Shown: positions 11,743-23,442 of the stretch, piece by piece
How positions within the stretch are numbered: the stretch's first letter is position 1
How the letters are laid out: each line of letters opens with the position of its first letter
From: Catajapyx aquilonaris
Taxonomy: Eukaryota
Direction: 5' to 3'
Length of the DNA: 64,000 nt
Assembly: GCA_000934665.2 (NCBI GenBank)
Contig: KZ538295.1
Location: 248,001 to 312,000 of the forward strand
Translations under genes and position numbers: made by a program
Notes under the pieces: model-generated
Databases searched by the model: none
What the model was told of the DNA's origin: nothing
What the model saw: the letters and a program-made list of their open reading frames with translations, nothing else

Positions 11743-14257
11743 ACAATTGACGGACAGTGGAAAGGACAACTCAGTGGGCTATGCTTGGACTTAAGAATGG
11801 ATATTCTAATGTATTCCGTTTGATCCGCGGAAAAATCTGGCCACGAGAGTACTCAGGAGGATACGAGTTATCCGGGGGGATGGGGCATGATTACCGGATA
11901 AAACAACCTTGCACTGAATAGGAGTCTATGTTAAATTTTAAGCCCATTTTGAGTCTCTATGTAAAACATGGCGTACTACATGTGTTCGGCTCTTTACAAC
12001 TACTGAAGAATTACCTTGCTGGAGTGCTGTAACCATGTTTGCAGGGTACAGTTCACTTTCATCTTGTCCTGCTCCACAGTTTCTGAGAGCACAGTCTAAT
12101 TAATGCTGGAACATTGTCAATCTGCGTAATCACCTTTCCCCCTAAGTACATATAGGTTAACCAAATAATTCGCAGGATTTTCCGGACTTTGTAACCAATA
12201 CACAAAAAAAAGTGCCCAGAGGCCACCCTCACTAAGTCGTCGACCTAATCATGCAAATAGACATGTACTGGGGGGCGTTTTTCCTCCCCCTCCCCCCTAC
12301 CGCCCTTTAAAATTTTTTTTATGTGTGTATAGATAGTTGGATGGAAAAGACAGCGTTACCGAGCGGGGACGGTCATCTCATTAGCACAATAAACGGAATG
12401 GGGAGATGCAGTAGCAGCACCCATCATCCATCCCAGTTTCCCCTCCCTCCCTCTACACCCACCCACCCACCCCCGTCGGCCTGTGCTTTGTGCATTGGCC
12501 ATGGCCGCGGAGCTTTAGGGCTGGGTTCGTTATCTGATAAGACCCGGCCAGAAAGGGACACAGGGACAGGACTTTTCATCTCTGTTTTCGGTCAGAATGG
12601 AGTGGCAGCAGCACCGTTTCTGAAGAGACACAAGATCAAAGGATTGGCCCATAGGCTAGCTTGAAACCCCAGCCTCATTGATATTTCATCCTTCGCCTCA
12701 TCATACAGAACCGGCCAACCCTCAGTCTCGTCGAGTGGAAGAGACATTAGGTTTCAGTGAAGAACGAAAAACAAGTAGCAAGAGTAGGAGATGGAGGAGG
12801 AGGAGACGGACTCTGCTTGCCCAGCAGTCCTATAGAAAATGAAACATCCTATGTATACACACAGCTTTTATGTATACGTCTGAGACCCAGCCAACTGGGG
12901 AATCATTATGCTTCCAGCCTAATTCGCTGGGTTTTAGCTTTTCAAAATAAAAAAGGTAGCCCTTACCAACATTATACATGAAGACAGGGTGATGAATTCG
13001 ATTTAAAAATAAGCAGGATTATTTTTTTCAGAGGACATATCCTGAAGTCTTTCTGCATACTGGTCAGCTTGCATTTCCTATGAGGGATGAGCTGGGATGC
13101 GGGATGGAGGAGGGTTCCTAGTGAAGGGGGGGCAAAGACGCATTTGCTAAATCCCGGCGAGTTATCCGCTTCCGCCTAAGAGAGAACATAGGCTAATTAC
13201 ACCGCATTTCGCGTCCCGCTCGGGTGCTGAATGAGCGACACAACGCAGCTTTTGGTCGAGAATGCGTTCAAAAGCAGGAGCTAATCTGGCCGGACCCGGA
13301 CCCTAATGAATTTGGGCTTTGACGACACGGACTATTCAAGCAGGGGGGTGGGTGGGTATATGGGGAGGATGGGGAGGAGGGAGGGAGGGAGGGGGAAAAA
13401 GGGGGTTGGCTCCAGGGATTCAGAGGGAGACACACGAGGTGGACATTGTGGCTCTTCTCTGTTTATCCCCCTCGGGGAGCCTTTGGCGGTCGAAAAAGGT
13501 GAGGTTTGTAAGCAAGACTTATATACTCAGGGAGAGGTTTTCATAGCCCTGACCCGTGACTTACAGCCAAAGATATAGGCAAGGCATTAATCATCCCCGT
13601 TGCCTTTAGGCCTGCTGCATTATGGGGCCTCATATTTATCCGCTGGAGTGTGCAGTTGAGGTGCATTCATTCATTCAGGCATTCATTGAGTGTATCTCAA
13701 GACAGAAACCGGACCTGTGCCTGCTGTGCTACGGGGCCAACTAAGCGTACGAGAGTCCATCACTTAGTAGTAATGAAACTGAATGTGTATAGGGTTGCTC
13801 AAAGGAAAACGGGGTAAGTTGGCTCCAGGGATGGGGGGTATTTTGAAAAGGGGGTATCTGGAATTGACCAGAGGGGACATTTGGTGACAATAATTCTCCT
13901 CTGTACTCCTTTGCTTTCTTGATGGGAATGAAGAGCTGCAGCTGAGCTATTTAACTTCCGGAGAGTCGACGAGAGTATCTGTGTGTTCTCCGGACGACAT
14001 TTACGCCCGTTTTCTATTAATTCCATGGAGCCTTGGGGTTATCACGCGTCTGAAGCCTTCTGCATGTGAGCGGAGCAAATGGCATGGTGCTGGCAATTCA
14101 AAGACTGGCTAAGAAAACTTTGAGAAAACGGCTAAAAGGAAGGCCTGTTGACGCTTAAGCCCGTTTCAATGAAAATGAAACATGGCGCAAAGAAAAGGTC
14201 GGATTTGGATGGACAAAAATGACAATTTTGGGACCTAGGTTGTTGACACTCGCTAGC

Positions 14258-14585
14258 TATAAAGCAGAAAGTTTGTTGGTATTTATGTATGTTACGGCTG
14301 TTGAACCCACTTCCGGAGTACTTGGCACACTGACGTCTTCTGTGCCGTTGATTGAGGGGAAAAGTTCGAAAATTGCAATATTTGGACTATAAATTCCCAA
14401 AATTTGTGAGATTTTGTTTTGAATATTTCGAGTCTGATCTGCGGGTCTCGGACTTTTCGCCCCCGCCGTTTCGCCCAGCCCCGGCATATTGGCCCCCATG
14501 ACAATTTCGTCCCTGATCTGCTGCAATTGTGGGACAGATTTCTTTTATTTATCAATCACCGTACGAAGAACAGGTCCCCTGCTAG
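14258..14585 (+). mobile_element. Non-autonomous Helitron-like element, family A copy 2
   Basis: Starts TATAAAGCAGAAAGTTTGTTGGTATTTATGTATGT and ends CCGTACGAAGAACAGGTCCCCTGCTAG|T. Both ends are shared with 44284-44528 and 6284-6510. No TIR or TSD, as expected for Helitrons. Confidence 0.75.
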
Positions 14586-15964
14586 TTCCATATATATCAA
14601 TGTAGGGATATATAAAGACAAAGTGGAATACCAAAAAAAAAGGCAAAGTAAGTTGTCGCATTAGGAAGCAAGGGGAGAGAATATAAAAAGTAGAGAAAAG
14701 GGGGCGAGAAAATAATGGAATTTGGATGAAGCTAAAGAAACCGGAGTCTTTTCTTTTCCTTGAGTTTGGCATCGTAAGTACCTAGCAATATGTCTTGCCG
14801 GAGGAACAAGAGGTCTACATTTTTCATGTTGGCTTTGGCGGCGAAGGTGCACTTTTATGATCCAGTCGTCCGTGTCCTAAAGAAAAACTTTATACAACAA
14901 ACAGTGTGAGGGGGGAAAAAAAGAATTAAGAAGGGGGGGTTGCAAGAGATGGATAGGTCTAATGGTATAGCTAGGGAGAGAGAGAAAAAAAAGAGTCGGG
15001 TTGTATTGTGCCAATCCTTTACTGGCTATTGTGGAGTCTCAGGGCCTCTGCTTTTAAATATCAGGCAGTCATTGTGACTGAAGGCTATGAGGGGTGGGAA
15101 TTTGGCAGTGCACTCTAACCTTGCACAATGCTGGAGCGTGATCAGCATTCGGAAATCATAATCAAGGCGCTTCGACTTTGAATCTGGAGGGAAGCTAAGT
15201 AAAGTCGTGTTGGGGACTTTTCGGCAGTAGCTATACTACCTTCCCCCGCCCCAGAACAAAGGCTTTTCTAATAAGGATTTGGACCATTCATTCCTACGCG
15301 GCAAAGAGGCCGTGCAAGGAGTCCTACTACACAAAAGGGAGGGACCTGGGATGGGGAAGTAGGGAGAGGAAGAGGAGGGGTAAAAAAAAAAACCGTTCTC
15401 TTGCATTGCTCAGCCTCATTTAACAGCGGCCATATTCAATGGGCTTTGTTGTGCTTTTGCACAGAAGCTGCAGGATAAGAGAGACGGAGAGAGAATGTAC
15501 AATAAAAAAAGGGAATGCTGTGTAAGTTAGATTTTTAGATTCAGAAGATCTGCATGATTTTGTTTGGCTAATTTTGCACATTTTTGGTTCAAATTTGTAG
15601 AGCCTGGACTGAGGTCTAAACCAATGAAAGGCTTGCATGTAGTCGAGTAAGGATATGATCTTACTCAGCACTTAACTGAATGACCCATTAATATATCAAA
15701 AAGCGAAAGTATTTGGAATTAAAGCTCAATTGGACGGTGTTATGCAAGAATGAGTTAACCCACATGAGAACAGTTTTGAGATAACAGGGCATACCTGTGA
15801 AATTAATTCAGTGTTTTTTTCGGTCATTTATGGCAGAAGTATGCAGATTTCTCCAGCGTGATTTTAAGCGTGAAATCATTTTGGCGTATGTTCCTGGGCT
15901 TAACTCAATTCTAACATTTTTGTGGTTTGACCCATTATTGCATAACAGCGTCCATATCTCTCTA

Positions 15965-16080
15965 TCTCTCTATAGTATATAAAACAGAAAGTTTGTCTGG
16001 ATGTCCGGACTACCTAACCCACTTTTAGACTACTACTGAGAGTGCTGACACTTGGTACACCGATGTATTCCGTGCTGATG
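15965..16080 (+). mobile_element. Helitron-like family A, 5' fragment
   Basis: TATAAAACAGAAAGTTTGTCTGGATGTCCGGAC...TAACCCACTT...ACTGAGAGTGCTGACACTTGGTACACCGATGT matches the 5' part of family A. No hairpin/CTAG end was found. Confidence 0.6.
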
Positions 16081-17646
16081 ATTCAGGCAAAAGTTCTAAA
16101 ACTGTAATTGTTCTGTATATGATAATAAATTTTACATCTCTCAACTCTTGCCACATTCTTATTCACGTATAAGTATATATGCTGAAATTGACAAATAACT
16201 CAGATATTTATACATTGGGCTGCATTTCTGCTGGGTCTTGCCCCCCCCCCCCTTCCCTCTACCCATTGCACCCGTGCTTACCAGTGACTCATGAGCTTAA
16301 AGTGCAAAAAGTTACTTATTTTTAAACAGTGCCATTCAGCATTTTGCGTCATCCCAAGCGCAATCATTACAGGGTTGCAAAGGATGCGGTGCGAATCAGT
16401 AATCAAGACGTGCTGCTTTTGGCTTGACTGCCAGGTGATTTTATACTGATCGATTAAATCAGCTTGAAGATTACACCTTGAAATCAATCGGGGCTTGGGA
16501 AAATATTATTCTAAATTTTCTCACATATTATTATCCAACGCTTTCCAGTCACAAATTTGTCTCATATTGCTGTCATACGAGCTATTATTTCCGCTCATTC
16601 GCCTGTACTGTACGATGAATACGCTAATCTCTATCCGACATCACGAGGTTAATGCCAACCCACACATATTCGCGCAATAGCAAGTTCTATAATCTACATC
16701 TACTTGTTTATCAACTATGAATAGCTGGGGAGTCTGGCTCCATTATAATTCTTCTGCTGACCTTTAAATTCGCGAAATTGAAGTTACTCTTATCATACCG
16801 AACCAACTATATATTGAAACATATCTGTCTATTTTACAGAATCCTTTTCAACAATCCTTCCTGGAATCGACGTGTGGGCGACATATCTTCATACGAGGTA
16901 AGTGAGACATTTTTGGTCTTTGAAAGGTTCTCTCCAGATGTGTATTTCTAAGGTGAAAAAATGGGGGTTGACTTGGCAACCAAGGTTAATGTCGCGAATT
17001 ATAGTCTGAAGAGATGCTGAAGGGGGAAGAGAATGAATAGAGGCTCGTTTATTATATAAGTAAATTGATTGCATCTACTGGTTGGAGACGTTTCACCCCG
17101 TTCAGAGAACATAAGAAAAATTCCGAAAAATATTTATCCTTGAAAATATGGGTTCATTTTTATGAAGCCGGTCAGGAGTACGGTTCTGGCATTCCCCTCA
17201 GCCCAAGTCCTTACCCAATTTGACAGTGCGGAAATGACAACGTGGCAACTGGAAGAGAGGGGAGGGGGGGAGAGGGAAAGAGAGGAGGCGGAGGAGGGTT
17301 GGGTTTAGGAGATTGGGTCTGGTGGTGTGTCACTTTGAAAGTGCCATTCCGACCCGTCGATTGTTCAACCCTCGATGTCCTCAACGGTGGGTCTCTCCTG
17401 CTGAGTGGCACCTGTGAGGACAGTGTACGGTAGGGTCCCATTTGTACTCGTTGAAGGGGGGGCAAGTGTCACGTGGCCGCAACACGTGACTGGTCCGCCG
17501 CATGTTTGAAACGTGGCGAGTGTGTGGGACGTGAAGTAACCTAATATTAGTCGCCAATACTTTAGAGAACCATTATAATTAACTAAGCAACAGCAGCTGC
17601 TAAAATAAGCTAAAATAAGCCCTAAATTAGTGGCACATAATAAATT

Positions 17647-17715
17647 AGTGTGCCAGATTTCAGCACTCTCAGAGATGTGGAAGTGGGTTAGATAGCTCGG
17701 ACAAACATACATCGA
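17647..17715 (-). mobile_element. Helitron-like family A, internal fragment
   Basis: AGTGTGCCAGATTTCAGCACTCTCAGAGATGTGGAAGTGGGTTAGATAGCTCGGACAAACATAC aligns to 6428-6487 (AGTGTGCCAAGTTTTAGCACTCTCAGTACATCGGAAGTAGGTTAGACACCCCGAACATAC). Confidence 0.6.
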
Positions 17716-18518
17716 TATGTACTCTACAACCTTTCGCGTTTAGAGATTGGCATGTAAATTCGTTTGTAAAGGATAGCTGTTTTCACCATCACCAGAGGGG
17801 GCTGAGGGGCAAAGCTATATAAGTAGGCAGGAAATTTGTTCAGAATAATCGAGTGCACTTGTTCATTACGCAGACACTGCACATCGAGTAATTGGCAGAA
17901 TAACCCGTACTTATCGGGGGAAATAAATCGATGTGTGACTCATGAGGCTCGAAATTCCCAATGTCTTTTTGCGCCTTGTTTAATCAAATATTGCTTTTAT
18001 GCGTCATGCGTCACAAACTCTGATCCCAATTAATACAAGCGCGTTTCATAACTCGCATTAAAGAGTCAGACGAGCAATATTAATACGCGGATTAGTAAAG
18101 TTAGTTGCCTAAAGTCATTAGTGGATACTGTAATAGAGTAGATGATTGAGGGAATATCAACATGTTCCGCTTGAGATGCAAACCCCCTTAACTGCGATGT
18201 GCCATATTGCTGGGGGGTGTCCTTCTCGTATATCTCCTAGAAACGCGCCTTATTGAGAGGAGAGGCCAAGCATCTCCCCCTATACCGTCTGCTGAGAGAG
18301 GGTTCTAAACCTAGTTTGCTCCAACTTCCTGAATTTGTTACTGTCCGTCGTCCGTCGGTTATATAAGGTGGTGACGGGCCGCTTCAAGTCGTTACTGGCC
18401 ACAAGAAAAGTGCCGGTAATCGTTCCATCATCTTCCAACTAAACGTTTTCAGGCTTCTGATCACCTATCTTGTACTGTACACCAGAAGGAATAGACTGTG
18501 GTAATCTTATGTACGACT

Positions 18519-18647
18519 GACTCGTCACCAACGTGCGTGTAGTACCATTTTCCTCCTGAGAACGGCAGTAGTGTGCAGAGAAGGAACCTGCGCGCCATCT
18601 ATTAGTGACATATTGTGCTAAGTCTAAATCCAGGTAGTGTTGCCATA
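18519..18647. repeat. Dispersed repeat family B, copy 2
   Basis: GACTCGTCACCAACGTGC...TAGTACC...CCTGAGAACGGCAGTAGTGTGCAGAG...GCGCCATCT...AGTGTTGCCA, in the same orientation as copy 1. Confidence 0.7.
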
Positions 18648-18687
18648 TATTCGACACAGCCTAAGATAAATGAAGAGTAGGCCTATA

Positions 18688-18990
18688 CAGGGTGTTTTAA
18701 TATTTTTGTCCGAACAGTTATCGGAAAATTGCACGTAGCTGCTACTATGTAAGCAGTGACTTGCAAAAGGTGATTTTTCGGAGGAACTGAGAATATTCCC
18801 TGCGAATCGTAGGCTTTGAGGGTAAAGCCTAGAAAAAAGAGGGTCACACATGCCATGGGATGTGTGAGCCTTTTTTTCCTTATTCCCCATTCCTCCGACG
18901 AATCACCGGTTGCAAGTCACTGCTTACAAAGTAGCAGCTACGTGCAATTTTCCGATAACTGTTCGGACAAAAAAAAGTTGAAACACCATG
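18688..18990. mobile_element. MITE with about 100-bp terminal inverted repeats and TA target duplication (Tc1/mariner-type ends)
   Basis: TA|CAGGGTGTTT...AAACACCATG|TA. The left arm TTTTTGTCCGAACAGTTATCGGAAAATTGCACGTAGCTGCTACTATGTAAGCAGTGACTTGCAA is the near-perfect reverse complement of TTGCAAGTCACTGCTTACAAAGTAGCAGCTACGTGCAATTTTCCGATAACTGTTCGGACAAAAA. Confidence 0.9.
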
Positions 18991-20770
18991 TATACAAGCC
19001 AGGCTGTAAGTTCAGGTGCACATATGAAACCGGCATTAATTATCTGGACAGAATGGCACAATTTGTCCTAAATGATGCGACGTTAATTTGTCTCCGCCTC
19101 CAGAAAGCGGGGGATAGGACAATCTTCCGCTTTTCCCCTTCAGAGAAACCGAACGACAAGTCCCAACCGCGAATCTCGGTAATAAATGTTTCCTAATACG
19201 GAAACTCAAATAATATTGTCTAACTTCCGAAATATACTGGGAAGGTGGGGAAAGGTTGTAGCCTAATTAGATAGAAAAGATGATGGCTCTGATTAGGCTT
19301 AAGGCGAGGGGGGGTTGGGAGCTTATTGATTTGCAGCTGAAATTTCATTCATAAGATTGGCTAATACCTTTCAAGTTGCCTCCCTCCCCCCCACCCCCTC
19401 TTGGAAAGTTTTGGACAAAAACTTTCCTACCGTTCGTTTTATATAATTTTTTTTTTCTCCTTCTTCCCTTTACCTTCCTCCTTTTCCCCTTTTGAAGTCG
19501 GGAATTGCCGAGGAAAATCGCATAAATGCCCGGGCTCTCACAATCGAATTGTTTCTGCATGTGTCAAAACTGAATATTCCTGGAAATGAGAGGAACTCCC
19601 CCGAAAAGGGAAGGCTTTAGAGAGAAATAAATCATTTTGGTGCCTCGCCCTCCCAGCACCCGCCAAAAGAGGGCGCCCATTCAATTTTTTCTCCCGGAAA
19701 CTTTCCCCTGATTGTCTCAACACCCCCCCTTAATTTTTTTTTCTCCATGGAAGCAACCAGCAGGAGCAATAATTGTTTTTCTATTTTTTTTCCCTCCCCC
19801 TTCAACTAGAACCCCCTGGTTCTCCCCTAGTTCCAGTACCAGAAAAACGATTGGCCCAGCTCAAACTGGAACAAAGTACTCATTCCTGAAGCTGACAGAA
19901 AGGGAAATTAAAATATAACTTCTGAAGTGCCTCATTTACAGTAACTACGTACCAATTTCCGCAGCCATTGTAGCTTACTAGGGAGGGCCAAGTCTGGAGC
20001 TGGGGGAGTGAGGCGGGGACTTTTTGGAGAGTTTTCGGGGGAGTAGAGAGAGAGAGAAGAGTGGAGAAAAGTAAAGTTCTCCCCTTGAATGGAAGAAAAA
20101 GAAAGGTGAGGCGCGTCTGAAAGAGAAATTACCTTCAGGTCGCGCTTTTTCGAGGCCCCCAGGAGGCGATGTGGAGCTAATTTAGGGCGTAATAAGTAGC
20201 TGGGAAGCAAAAATGGGTCTGGCGTCGACACCGTGGGTATGGGAGGTGATGGTGTGCGGGGGGGTTTACTCCGAAAGTTTGCGAGCAAAACTGGGGAGAA
20301 AAGAAAGGGAGGCCGATGCTGAGGCTGACAAAGGACACTATCGCACACGAAGCTTAAGAAGAAAAAGAGAAGAAAAAAAAATGTCGGTCGGGGGTTGACA
20401 GCTAATAAGCTGGAAAGACATGGAGGCAAGAAAAGAAGCTGAAATAAGAGGTTTACTTTGAAGCGGTGATTGTTGTGTGGGATTTTGCCAGAAATGGCGT
20501 GTGTTTATAGGGGGAGTAAATTAAAATCGCTGGTGTAAGAAGTTCAACTTGAAAATAAATTGAGTAAACAACTCTAAGCTGAACCGTTTTCGTCTAATTT
20601 TGATATATCGCCTAAAATGAACCGTTCAATGTACTAATATTAATTACAGATAACGTTAGCATCACTTCTTGTATATTGTATATTGTTACACGAAAATTCG
20701 ACACATTTTGTGGGACTTCAATTTTAAATTTTATTATTTGGCGATGCACGTGTATTTTTGGTTCAAAATC

Positions 20771-21000
20771 AATTGAAGCGTTGACATGGGAAAGAGCGTA
20801 AATCACAATTAAAATTAGGAGCTAGGCAAAAAACAAATTTTGAGAACACCATGAAGCATATCTTATTACACAAATTGTTGGATTTGTTGTACAAAGAAAT
20901 AAAAAGCCAATGTGATGAAAGCATTTTATGCGTTTAATATTTAAATGTAGGCTACTTTTTTTTCCTTTTTGAGGCACATTTTCATGTCAACGCTTCAATT
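20771..21000. repeat. 18-bp perfect inverted repeats bracketing an AT-rich segment (possible decayed MITE)
   Basis: AATTGAAGCGTTGACATG (20771-20788) pairs with CATGTCAACGCTTCAATT (20983-21000). No clear TSD. Confidence 0.6.
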
Positions 21001-22990
21001 AGTGTGGACTCAGACAATCACCGAAATTAAGTGGCCAATTCCAACATTTTAAAAAATTTCTCTAACTATTACTCACTTCCTCACTTCAGCCAGTAATATT
21101 GCCTAAAATAGTACGTGCTAAACTCATCACTCTGCAATTTAAATATGGGCGTCAGATCATCCCACAAAAGGACTTGCAACACCCTGAATGAAACGATGTT
21201 GAAAATTTTTCACACAAAAAAAAACCACCCCCTCTCCATTATTATAAAAAAAAGAGAAGAGGGGGGGGGGGAAGAATGGTGTAACAATCAATTTGAGCGA
21301 TGAATGTTGTNGGGGGGGGTGGTTTGAGGGGAACAAGCCAAGCACTAAAGCTTTGTCAGAGCTCAGCCATTGTGGAGAGGGGAACACTAGAAAGGTCCCC
21401 AAGATCGATTGGGAACTGCAGCTTCCAGACAAGAGGGGTGGGAGAGATGCCTGGAGGGTTAGGAATGATGATGATGGTCCTACCCCAACACTTGGACCAG
21501 AGGGTTAGGGTTTTCTGCTCCTGCGAGTTGGACAACCCAACAGCCTCTCTTGTCACACGCAGTTACATACAAACAGGCGCAACAAAATTTTCATACCTGT
21601 TTTTAGTGAGACCGCTGAATTTTTTCCTTCTAAAAAATATCTTCTCAGCACTGCTTATCCGAATTGTGTATTTTTAACCCACGGTGTATTTACCAGACGA
21701 AATTGGCACTTTCTAGTTTTATTTTTTCTCCTAACTTTTTTTCGCTCCCCACCCCCTCGAGGTTTCTCTCATGAAGAGGGGGCTTCCTTTGCACAAGGAA
21801 TTAACTCTTGAGTTTCGCCCGTTTATAAAATGTTAAGGAGATAAGCAGCGTGATGACATGTCTTAAGCATACATCTGGGGTCTGTGTGCGAAAATCAAAC
21901 GAAAGGTTGTTTTCAGGGAGAGGGTTCACATATCGCACATCTTTTTCCGCATCGGAAGAGAGACGAGGAATGGGGCAGGGGGGGACCGGAGATATACAAG
22001 GATTCTCTTGAGGCCGTAACGGTACGTTTGTCACAAAACATGGCGGAAGCCAACTTTACTTTTTTTATATTTTTTTCCCCGACCATCCTGCTGCCTTATA
22101 TTTTTCGTCGCAGGAAGTGTATATAGGAGGAGTTGTTTCTCTCCTGCAAAAATGACGCAGTTCTTGCACGTACTTTATGGGCGGAGTACCATCGGCCATA
22201 TTGTACCGTAAGAATGTTTACGACTGGAACTATAGGGGATTACACGAGCTTGCCGTCGCATCAACGGGAAGGAAATGGTTCTTTTGGGCCGTGTACGACC
22301 TTAGAATCAGGATTTGTGAGCTTACCTGACCACTATACACGAATGAGAAACAGACGCCGTCCCAAATGGCGGGGCTGTTTCGACGACTAATAAAAAGCAG
22401 CCATCATGCCGATTATGATGCTTACCCCCCAGCAACTAGTTTAAAGAGAAGCAACAATCAGTAAAAAAAATAACCCTGGTTATTAATTGCATACCTGATT
22501 ATTAGTCCGCAGCATAATTTTACCCGCACACGTCGCTCGGGCACACCTTTATATGAGGTGACTAAGAACATGTTTACACTGGGAATTATTTTCCCAAATA
22601 AGTGGCTTTGCACGCACATGCAAATAGTTAGAGGGTTGCAATCCTTTGATTGGACGACGCTCTATTTGCACGGCGGAGTGTGCGAACGGTCATTAAACAT
22701 ACTGCCCTGTTAATTTGCTAAATTTTACTGGCAAAAATGTAGTGCGCGGGACTGGGGCTTATATCTCAGCGCATATGTATACAGGGTGCTTCATAACGCT
22801 TCAATGAACTTTGGGAGCGCAGAGGATCGGTTTTTGTACAGGTGTCATTTAGCTAGCACATTGGTTACGCAAAAATCATAATATATGAAATTTAAATTGC
22901 ATCGATATTAATTTGAATACAAATGGTTTGTCCCAGCTAATAGTAATAGCTAATCCTATTCATATGTAGTGTTTGTGTAAGCCCTCTGAT

Positions 22991-23111
22991 TGGTCCGCCG
23001 CATATTGTTGCCGCGACGCTTCCTATTGGCCCGCGTTCTACGCATGCGCAGTGGGGCAGCGCCTCTGGTGGGTGAGAGCAAAGCGCCTCGAGGAAGAGAG
23101 TTGCCAACTTG
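22991..23111 (+). repeat. Left arm of a long-range inverted repeat (partner 25788-25896)
   Basis: 22991-23052 is the exact 62-bp reverse complement of 25835-25896. The adjoining blocks GGCAGCGCCTCTGGTGGGTG and GAGTTGCCAACTTG also match. Confidence 0.92.
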
Positions 23112-23231
23112 CCACATTATAATTACTCTAAAATTACATTACAACACCCATATTTGAAAGCTATTTTTGGGGGAAGGTTAGGCACACTTGCACTGATATT
23201 AATTTGAATAAAAATTGTTTGTCCCAGCTGA

Positions 23232-23320
23232 TAGTACCACTAGCTCTCGCAACACCTGAGAGTGGCAGTAGTGTGCACAGAGGGAGGATGAGCTATCTGT
23301 GATCGAAGTAAGGTACTACA
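23232..23320. repeat. Dispersed repeat family B, partial copy 3
   Basis: TAGTACC...CCTGAGAGTGGCAGTAGTGTGCACAGAGGGA...GTACTAC matches the core of copies 1 and 2. Confidence 0.55.
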
Positions 23321-23364
23321 TGGACAGTCCAGACACATTATAATTACGTATACTATACTGTATA

Positions 23365-23442
23365 GCTCAAAAACATAGAGACGATTTTTCACGTGCAGGT
23401 TGCACTTGATTCAAATCCAAAATCGTCTCTATGTTTTTGAGC
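23365..23442. repeat. Perfect 24-bp inverted repeat with a 30-nt loop
   Basis: GCTCAAAAACATAGAGACGATTTT (23365-23388) pairs with AAAATCGTCTCTATGTTTTTGAGC (23419-23442). Confidence 0.92.
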
